Shown here: positions 57,201 to 64,000 of the stretch, piece after piece
How the letters are laid out: the number at the start of each line of letters is the position of its first letter
Numbering within the stretch: position 1 is the first letter of the stretch
Source of the DNA: Leptogorgia sarmentosa
Lineage: Eukaryota
Assembly: GCA_964658305.1 (NCBI GenBank)
Contig: OZ210884.1
Coordinates: 930,001 to 994,000 of the forward strand
Direction: 5' to 3'
DNA length: 64,000 nucleotides
Translations under genes and position numbers: made by a program
Notes under the pieces: model-generated
What the model was told of the DNA's origin: nothing
The model's input: only the letters and a program-made list of their open reading frames with translations
Database searches by the model: none

Positions 57201-60200
57201 CAAGAGTTTATCATAGCTGAACTTAAAATAGAACGAAGAATGTAAATAGCACCAAAGAACGTAAACGAACGTATATTCATGCAGTTATGTGAATTTGCGA
57301 ACATTAAAAAATGAATTCTGATTGGCTGCAGCATATCTATAATGTATAGGAGACTATGTAATAATTATCATTTATTGACCCGGAGCGAGGGGGATTCGGC
57401 GTAATATTTCCCGAAGTGATGAAGGAAATATCGCCGAATCCCCCAAACGGAGGGTCTATAAATGATATATTATACCGAACAAAACATTATTGCATCTTTG
57501 TTTTCAAGAATTCTATTTATTTCTTCGTCGAGTCTTGCTCTCCCGCCATTTTCTATAGCTATGCTAAGCGCGCGTTGCCCACGCGTCACGCGTGAGCGTG
57601 GGATACTATAATATCCCACGGTGGATTGCAAAATCATGAATTTTAGTGAAATACCGCAAAAAATCACACTATCACGTGGTACAAATGCTGTTTTCTCATT
57701 GGACAATTTGAATTTGAGGTATAATATTCAAATTAATATGCACCTTGTTTATAAAAAGTTTATGAAGATCTTCATTTTATCAACGGGTATCGTGGTAAAT
57801 AGGGGCAATCCCAATCTCATGAGGCCGAGCGAAAATTTTTTGAACATTTAGAACCTCTACATTGCCGGAAACGACAATTCATGAGCCAACGAGTCCTAAG
57901 CCTATACCTTTTTCAGACGGAGTCAGATTTACGTTTTCTGGTGGAAATCAATCCTAGAGGCGATTATGGTTAGGGCATCTTTTAAGTATCCTTTTCAAAC
58001 TAACCTTTTCAAGTTTCTCAATCGCGGAAAAGTCTCCTTCGAGGCCAATCTTTTCTCGTAACGACAGAATAGCCTGGGCAGCATCGTGTGCATCAAAAAG
58101 ATCCTTGTAATTCTTCACTCGTTCGATTCTTACAATAAGTTCATTCTTTACTTCATTATTAACACTAGATGCAGTTTTGTCGCTGAAAAACGTCAAAAGC
58201 AGCAGCATCTCCGTCTCCAAAGCCTCGTAGTCCGTGCCAAACATTTTCAAGTATTTTTCAATGTCCTTAAGTAGCATATCTCCACTTAAAAATTGTTGAC
58301 TTATCAACATAAGTTTGTCACAAATAGGTAACCACAAATTCTCGAAAATTACTTCCATGGTCAATACTTTATCTTTTAATTTCTCGCCGTATTTCCGCCA
58401 TAACTTATCAAATATTCGACTGCATTTTATCTCCGTTATTCTTGCCATCATCGTACAAAACTTTTCTTCGAGGTTGAAAATCGTCACTTCATACTTCTCA
58501 TATCTTTTAACGCATAAATCCCGTATGGATAAGTTAGTATAGTCTTGCTCAGTCTTTTCACGTAAATTACGAAGTTTTTCATCAACTAAAAGTAAGATAC
58601 ATGGTTAAGATGGTAAACAGATAAAAATATCATTCCCAAGTCATCAGTGGAAAGTCGTTATGAGAAAACCTTGGGCGGAGAGTATACCAATTCGGGTCCG
58701 CAATTTAGCCAAGTGCATGTTTTGGAATTTTTAGAAATACAGTTTTTGAGATTCTTATTGTTATAATTCTATGAATAAGATAAAAACCTGTTAGAAAACA
58801 ACGAGTATCCTCTCTTTACGTCATATTTTAGTGGTAATGACAACAGTCGTCATGACAGCATCATGCTTTGAAGTAAATAAAATAATATTTGTCTTTTTCC
58901 GGACATTTCACGATCCTGGCTATTTTTTAATTCTTTATTTTTCCAAAAAATCTATTATACATTAATACGTTCGAAAGAAAATTGAAAAATGTCATTAAAA
59001 AATCTCATATCGATCAAATTTTATGAATGATTTGTAATTTTACTTGCTGTGAAAATATGAAAAGTTTAAAAAATGACTTTAGGAGGGGGGGGATTTAATT
59101 TTATTCCAATATAATTTTTCAAAATCTCGATGGAGTATAAATTAAAAAACTTCACCACTTTCAAAAAGATCGTTTTTCTTGAATACAATGGCATTCTCTT
59201 TATACATTCACAGATCAGAAAAATTTTTTTTTCAGGGATTTCCAATTTTCCCACATTTCATGTAGACATGATAACTTGGCGGATAATCAAGACGTGAGAA
59301 AAAAAGTTTTTAATCAACTCGTAGTGGTCCTTATGGAGGAGAATGTTGAAAAACAATCGAAAATCTTTTGAATTTAAGTAAATTCTAATACGCGTTTAAC
59401 TCAAGTGATTCTCCAGCTTTTTAGGTAGTTTTCCAGTCCGAAAAATGTTTTTGCGTAGCAGTTGATACTTGGGTAGAATGCTCCAAAATTGGAGGGCCCC
59501 TGTGATTTTGGTATCCTTACAAAGAACGAAGTAGTTTGGCAACGCAAGTATATGTTACCTCCAACTAATTATCTACTTTAGACGAACTGAAGATCATGCT
59601 CCTCTCTAAGTCTATATTTGAACTAGTCTTAAGATACCCAACTTACCTGAAGGGAGTAGTTTGCTGAATCCAATAAAACATTCCAATTGCTTTCTTAGTT
59701 TTAAAAATACATCCAGTTCAAGCATTCGTTGTGAGAAATCAAATTCAACGTTTCTGCCATTATTCGCGTTCTGTTGGTGAATCTCACCCAATTTAAAATA
59801 TTGTTTAAAATGATCTTTCAAAAGTTGCAGGGTTGCGACAGTAACAGTCCCATCTTCCACAGATTCTTTCAGACTCATCAGACACGACTCAGCCATGGTC
59901 ATCAAGACGGCACAGTCATCGTCTTTTGTTAATTCCTCCTTACTGCTAGAGTTGCTACCTTGAAAAAATAAATAACAACCAAGAAGTAAAACCTGTTCGC
60001 TTATTTACTGTAACTTAATGTAACCTACATTATTAGTTTTAGGAATTCATAATTAAAGAACGAGAGAAATCAATTCAGATCGATGCAAATGGTAATGTAC
60101 GGTAAAGTACAGAATACCTAATGATACCATGTGAATTATTACGAAAGTGCTGTAGAAATTTTGTTTAGCTGTAGTACAATATAAATTTGGAACGATCTTC

Positions 60201-63200
60201 GCACTTTTTATTAATTTAATGTTATGCAACTTTTATTAATTTATTTAACTGACTGGATTATGCGAGGTCCAACACTCCCACCGTTTATGCGTCTTATTAA
60301 TAACTTATTATTGCCAATGGAACTTACGAATTATTCAACAAACGCTTTAAGTAGGGAGACTTTATTGTTAACGGGCTCAGAAGCATGCTAGAATTTATTT
60401 ATTAGGCTTTGTCAAGTCAACATAAGACACATGCTAAACACACATGCACAAAAACAATATATACATTGGCCTACGACAGCAGAGGATTTGTAGCATCACG
60501 CAACCACTGAACGGTTTTGGGGTTTTGTTGCTGTTGAATATTTCAATTCATATCACATGTCTGTAGCATGTGTAATCAACATGCATTTTTATACCGTGAA
60601 ATTGAGTTTTCACTGCAATGCACTGGACCTATTGAAGTTCATTAACTCCTTATAACGTCTTATCATGCACGATCCATTCCATTCGATTCCATTGCATTCC
60701 ATTGCATCCTATGCTATGCTATGCTATGTTATCCTATTCTACCGTACCCCTACCCCTACCTTACCCTACCCTACCCTACCCTACCCTAAACTACCTACCC
60801 CTAACCTTCACCACCGAAATAATGCAGGATCACTGAGGCCATTTTATTTTCATATCCCATATGCATGCACGTTTTCCTTACCGAAGAACTTTAAAAATTC
60901 CGGCCAGGTTGGCCAGGAAAGGAGATGCTCCACCAAAATATCGTCTTTTTCTTTTTCATCTAATTTGCTGTCTTCCTTGAGTGCCGTCGGCCAGGCTTTA
61001 CACAGCATCTCTCTTAGCAGTGCTATGCCTTTTTCCGACATGGACCGAGTTAAATGGTCGAAAACACGTTGTTCGTTACGACCATTCTACAAAATTAAGA
61101 TTAAAGATTGGACATTCTCATATTCTCACCCTGGTACAAGAAACAACTAGGGATACAAGTTGATATACATTAAGTTGATATAATAAAAAATATCAATATT
61201 CTGTCAAAAAGCAACTGGCAATCGCGGCAGCGCGCGTGTTAAAAACATATCAGATAAATCTTTGACCTCTGACCTTTAAGTTTATAAAACTACACATATA
61301 TGCAATTTAATTTAAAGTTTGTAGTTTACACCACGTAATTTTATTATCTCATATTATTAGCACTGATCCGGGCTTACGGATCCAAAGCTTTGCGATAGTA
61401 AAATTACGTGGTATAAACGTGGTTTACGTGGTATAAACCTTAAAATTAATTATATTATCTTCACCATGCAAACATTCAAGCAATTAATAAACATATGTAT
61501 TATGATCTTAGATTATTACCTACACGCTACTTGTGTGTCGTAATAACACACAATATCATGCAGGCCAACGTTAAATTTACTTTTGTATATGCCTATATAT
61601 ATCGTTCAGTTCTTCTAATCTAGTATTGAAAAATGTGCAAATCGCCAGTATGCATGTCGCGTAAACAAACAACCCAAGCTTAGTGAAGCCGTCGACTTTT
61701 TTAGTGTTGAGTCATATCGTCGCATTACAAATTAAATTATTGTTTCACTTTAGGAGTAGATTAGTAAATGAATGGCAATATACGGCTATCGACGAAGAGT
61801 CGAAGACGGCGAAAACAACGTCGTTTCGCCCCTCATCACAATACTGCAAAGAAACTTTGCACTAAAAAGCTGTGTATATTTGAAAGGGCTCAAAGGAGAT
61901 TGGATAGCTGTAACATGAATGATTCAGTCAATGAAATCGTCTTATTTTTTCTTGATCTCATGGTATTAAAAAATTTCTTGTAGCCCCCTCACTTATGAAG
62001 TGATACAATATATATTAACAAGATTCCATTGCTAGTACTGTGAGGATGTCATGAAACGATTGAAAAACAAACTTATAAGCAGAAATACGCGCAAAACCTT
62101 TCTGATTGAGAAATCTTCATGCACGATTATGCATTTACAAAATAAGATGTTCGCAAGAAATGTTGCAACTGTGAAGCATATCTGTGGAGCAGTGGGATTT
62201 TTCCAAGTGTTCAACGCAATACTAATTCTCAACGAAGGGCTGGCGCCTAAGCTCGAAACGTCAAAACTTGTTGTATTGTTTATACGTAGTGCACGAGAAG
62301 ATAAACTGAACTTTTGCTGCTACTAGATACATAATTACTTACCCTTACAACTTTTTCCACAGCTTCGAAAGCAACGTCACCTAAACACGTTGCAATATCT
62401 GGATTACAATCTTGTTTGCCTGATTGAGAAAACAGCTCGATTTGACGGATTGGCGATGCCTGGAATTTGATAAGAATACAACAATTTGGTCAATACATAG
62501 AAGTCAATACTATATTTAGCCCTCCAATCAAAATGAGTGTAAACACCGCAAAAAAGAAAGTTCCCCTCGAAAAACACCAGAATAAATTCTACACAAATGA
62601 GTCGCTGTCAATCAAACAGAGAACTAATTAGCCCTATGTAAAGAATATGGTCACACATGCTCGAAAGAACGACCTAACCTCCATTGAATACAAAAAAACG
62701 ATTTCAGAATTAGCAAGTTGAACGGGCTAGTGTGATCAGTCTCATTCATGCACCATTCGTTAATGGTAGAATTGTAGAAGGATAAAGCAGTTAAAATCAC
62801 GTCCACAATATCGAACCAAATAGGGAGATAACTGTCATGGGGCTAATTAGTTCTCGATTTGAGTAACAGCGACTCGGAACTTATTTTGGTTATTTCGGGG
62901 GTAGGACTTTCTTTTTTTTTGAGGTGTTTAATCTAATCTGTTAATTTGAATTCGTTTTAATCAAGTTAGAGACAGGCATTCAAAAACAATTGTTTTCGAT
63001 TAGGCAATAGTTTGAGTTAGTCCCTGAAGTAGTTTACGGCAGCTTACTTAGAGTGGGATAGAATATGAAATAACCAGAAAATAATTTATATACTGATGTA
63101 TACATTACTAAACATAATTTAATTTTTGTCACAATACCTTGTGTATTCTCCTTTGGAATCTGTCGACAAATTTAGTACACCACGGCTTATAGAAAGCATC

Positions 63201-64000
63201 TGGAGCATGCAATGACAGCAGTTCGTTCCATGCCTACACAAAGAGACAAAAATGATATTGTAGTTGACCCATAACGGTATTGGTTATCAATATGCATTTT
63301 GTGAAAATCTATACTTTCAAACTATGGGGTCAAAAGTTACGCTACTTTGAAAACATTACCCTGAACGGTGCTAACTGGCAATCAAACAAAATCACTTTAA
63401 AACATAACTTTTCTCGGGATTAAACAGTGAATAAATGTAGCAATGCCGGCCATTTATTTTAAATAAGGATGACTTCAGTGCAAACAATATATCAACAAGC
63501 TTGTTATATTTCAATCAATAGTCATTACTCCGCGCTTCTCTGCGTTTTCCCATCATCTTAGAAGTCTCTTGCAGTCTTGTAGCAGTAATCGAATAATATA
63601 CAAAATGGCAATAGAGGTGGTAGATTTTAGTGCAAGCCTTATGACAACAAGTTACTTGCCTGTAACTCCTGGTCCCATTCTGAAATTCGACAATTTTCTA
63701 TGCTAACAGGAAGCCGGTCTTCTATGAATTTATACACAATATCCAACTGCTTTTTGAAAAGAGATGACATTTCAGTTGGAATATCTTTGTATTCGAAAGA
63801 CATGGAAATTTTCTCTTTCGGACCATTTTCATTTTCCAATACTGCAGACTCGTGTTCAAGATCAATTCCTTTCTTTTGATGTACAACGCCAGTAATCAAG
63901 CACTCCACCAAACGACAAAGAACTTTAACTTCATTAAGTCTAAGATGCTGCTTGACGTCATAAACAAGTTGAACTAAATTTTCCAGAAATACCAAGGTCT
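9098..64000 (-). CDS. RNF213: RNF213/mysterin-like AAA+ ATPase E3 ubiquitin ligase, 5'-partial, 75 exons in window, about 4,545 aa
   Basis: Manually spliced exons in transcript order: 63660-64000, 63138-63233, 62343-62459, 60882-61086, 59647-59958, 58005-58585, 56236-56398, 55327-55544, 54638-54961, 53586-54424, 53063-53181, 52680-52754, 51558-51664, 51297-51432, 50724-50928, 49707-49962, 47822-47998, 47278-47389, 46787-46952, 46191-46362, 45672-45781, 45071-45265, 44865-44987, 44666-44783, 43477-43712, 42848-42930, 42194-42348, 41471-41587, 40825-41019, 40102-40262, 39733-39955, 38694-39046, 37431-37589, 36605-36770, 36290-36357, 35756-35888, 35469-35576, 34580-34665, 33380-33568, 33122-33224, 32267-32470, 31977-32113, 30818-31238, 30327-30501, 29120-29569, 28147-28319, 27808-28017, 26612-26856, 26143-26251, 25796-25896, 24904-25083, 24387-24629, 24077-24188, 23234-23638, 22570-22689, 21660-21770, 21322-21375, 20629-20829, 19948-20020, 19745-19779, 19467-19564, 18437-18590, 17817-17991, 16475-16563, 15893-15950, 15545-15747, 15226-15358, 14702-14788, 14115-14295, 13065-13269, 12256-12330, 11890-12087, 11446-11535, 10578-10747, 9098-9260 (TAA). 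All splice phases agree. RNF213 hallmark peptides: GETGCGKT, ILFFDEANTT, AACNPYR, LVYRVHPLP, CSFVSLRDVER, GKPGSSKS, VVVLDEIGLAEDSPLMPLKTLHPLLE, SNWALDPAKMNR, FFGLRDFYSLVK, KYVDLGLGNHRVKCRV, FPIPLINRLEKH. Confidence 0.96.
10873..11095. mobile_element. Tc1/mariner-type MITE
   Basis: TIR CAGGGTGTCCCAAAAAAGT with a TA target duplication. Confidence 0.85.
16605..16908. mobile_element. MITE with G/C-run subtermini
   Basis: Perfect 16-bp TIR CAAGGCCGTCGGAAGC. The TSD is not clean. Confidence 0.75.
19467..20020 (-). CDS. RNF213: RNF213-like RZ (RNF213-ZNFX1) finger over three exons: 19948-20020, 19745-19779, 19467-19564
   Basis: Spliced peptide NAFLPTMPHDDAPEVMQATTGKWYECPNGHRYVITECGRPNQSYTCPACRAPIGGMNHNLA. 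All junctions are GT-AG and in phase. Confidence 0.93.
24904..25083 (-). CDS. RNF213: RNF213-like RING finger exon (C3HC4)
   Basis: Encodes FDATRCGICKGPLEEPVQMPCQHVCCMSCANNWFKDHNACPLCRKEVG. This frame is not shown in the ORF track. Confidence 0.93.
37758..38445. mobile_element. Foldback element with a terminal/subterminal inverted repeat plus a long terminal hairpin
   Basis: TATTATATACACAAGCGCTGGA at 37758 pairs with 38315-38336. A hairpin follows at 38338-38445. Confidence 0.7.
38694..39955 (-). CDS. RNF213: RNF213-like AAA4 module exons: 39733-39955 (Walker A GKPGSSKS) and 38694-39046 (Walker B VVVLDE)
   Basis: Motifs are intact, followed by SNWALDPAKMNRG. Confidence 0.93.
39108..39547. 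repeat. 21-bp minisatellite, 21 copies, intronic
   Basis: Unit ACTGTGA(T/A)TACA(GA/GG/CA)AAATTGC, repeated head to tail with no spacers. Confidence 0.95.
40451..40520 (+). repeat. tRNA-derived SINE-like head (Pol III A/B boxes)
   Basis: TGTAGTGGTAAGCA is A-box-like and GGTTCGATCCCC is B-box-like. No complete cloverleaf. Confidence 0.5.
43477..44783 (-). CDS. RNF213: RNF213-like AAA3 module exons: 44666-44783 (Walker A GETGCGKT) and 43477-43712 (Walker B ILFFDE)
   Basis: Both motifs are intact and in frame across canonical splice sites. Confidence 0.93.
43860..44430 (+). pseudogene. Decayed LINE RT fragment interrupted by a MITE
   Basis: GVPQESILGPIFFL lies before the insertion and LVFANDPKC (YADD-like) after it. 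Confidence 0.6.
43959..44162. mobile_element. PIF/Harbinger-type MITE
   Basis: TIR GCCTGGYTCACRTATGCCCGA with a TAA target duplication. Confidence 0.8.
48186..49581 (-). mobile_element. Helentron/HINE-like non-autonomous element, copy 1, carrying nested insertions
   Basis: SubTIR TAGTGCAAAGTTT (48201-48213) pairs with AAACTTTGCACTA (49565-49577). The minus-strand end is an ATCC-TT-GGAT hairpin followed by CTAG|TT. Shares sequence blocks with 61147-61868. Confidence 0.6.
48218..48471. mobile_element. Harbinger-type MITE (same family as 418-559) containing a second MITE at 48229-48348
   Basis: Inner palindrome GGCCTAGGTCAAACG...CGTTTGACCTAGGCC with TCA duplicated on both sides. Confidence 0.85.
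49707..49962 (-). CDS. RNF213: RNF213-like exon with AAA2-type Walker A (SSRAGMGKS) and degenerate Walker B (IFHLDMS)
   Basis: Translation of a splice-bounded exon. It fits the ATP-binding, non-hydrolysing AAA2 module of RNF213. Confidence 0.88.
51001..51200. mobile_element. Degenerate MITE
   Basis: GTCTACAGTGGCG..CGATTTTAG.TGCGATTT pairs imperfectly with AAATCGCAGCTAAAATCGCCGGTGTAAAC. Confidence 0.55.
51745..52145 (+). pseudogene. Decayed CR1/L2 RT fragment
   Basis: QESGFRSQHSTET..NMDKG..LFLDLKKAFDTVD, followed by stops and frameshifts. Confidence 0.8.
53586..54424 (-). CDS. RNF213: RNF213-like exon, the largest in the window (839 nt), N-terminal stalk region with an acidic/UBA-like insert
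   Basis: AG/GT-bounded open exon. It encodes ...KRRGCYSLNHFTMKQILNL..., followed by an acidic linker and KETLEAMSLDINTDEFLLAALHECGRRATEDELIFWVVSHE. Confidence 0.9.
56490..56600 (-). pseudogene. Penelope-like RT fragment
   Basis: GLKITTQSNLLIVIYLDVTFNLSTDT resembles the GLKIT..NLK.VNFLDVT.DL motif of Penelope-like RTs. Confidence 0.6.
60673..60805. repeat. Compound pentanucleotide microsatellite (CCATT / ATGCT / CTACC)
   Basis: Consecutive runs of related 5-mers. Confidence 0.85.
61147..61868 (-). mobile_element. Helentron/HINE-like element, copy 2
   Basis: Shares AACTAGGGAT.CAAG, GCAACTGGCA.TCGC.GCAGCGCGCGTGTT, TGACCTCTGACCTTT, CAGGCCAACGTTAAATTTAC and the terminal AAACTTTGCACTAAAAA with copy 1. 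Confidence 0.6.
62541..62930. mobile_element. MITE with long imperfect inverted arms
   Basis: AAACACC.CAAAAAAGAAAGT...GAGTCGCTGT...GAGAACTAATTAGCCC is mirrored at 62838-62930. Confidence 0.65.

Noticed and set aside
60665..61150. 161-aa plus-strand proline-rich ORF
   Set aside because: It is the microsatellite plus the antisense of an RNF213 exon.

Overview
AT-rich eukaryotic genomic DNA from an invertebrate animal. The repeat families look cnidarian, but that is an inference. The window is dominated by one very large minus-strand gene, an RNF213/mysterin-like AAA+ ATPase / E3 ubiquitin ligase. I assembled it by hand into 75 exons between 9098 and 64000; the 5' end lies beyond the window. 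The exons total 13,640 nt (about 4,545 aa) and are phase-consistent at every junction. Walker motifs, a C3HC4 RING, an RZ finger split over three small exons and the C-terminal domain are all present, and two introns need GC-AG donors. The protein also carries a UBA-like insertion and has Arg at the RING linchpin position. The region 1-9 kb holds a 5'-truncated but open CR1/L2-type LINE nested in a TIR element, Penelope-like remnants with degenerate hammerhead-like motifs, hAT- and Harbinger-type MITEs, and a candidate small secreted Cys-rich peptide gene. The introns are packed with MITEs, nested insertions, foldback elements and a 21-bp minisatellite. There is no CRISPR array or prokaryotic system, and I found no wholly new multi-gene system.
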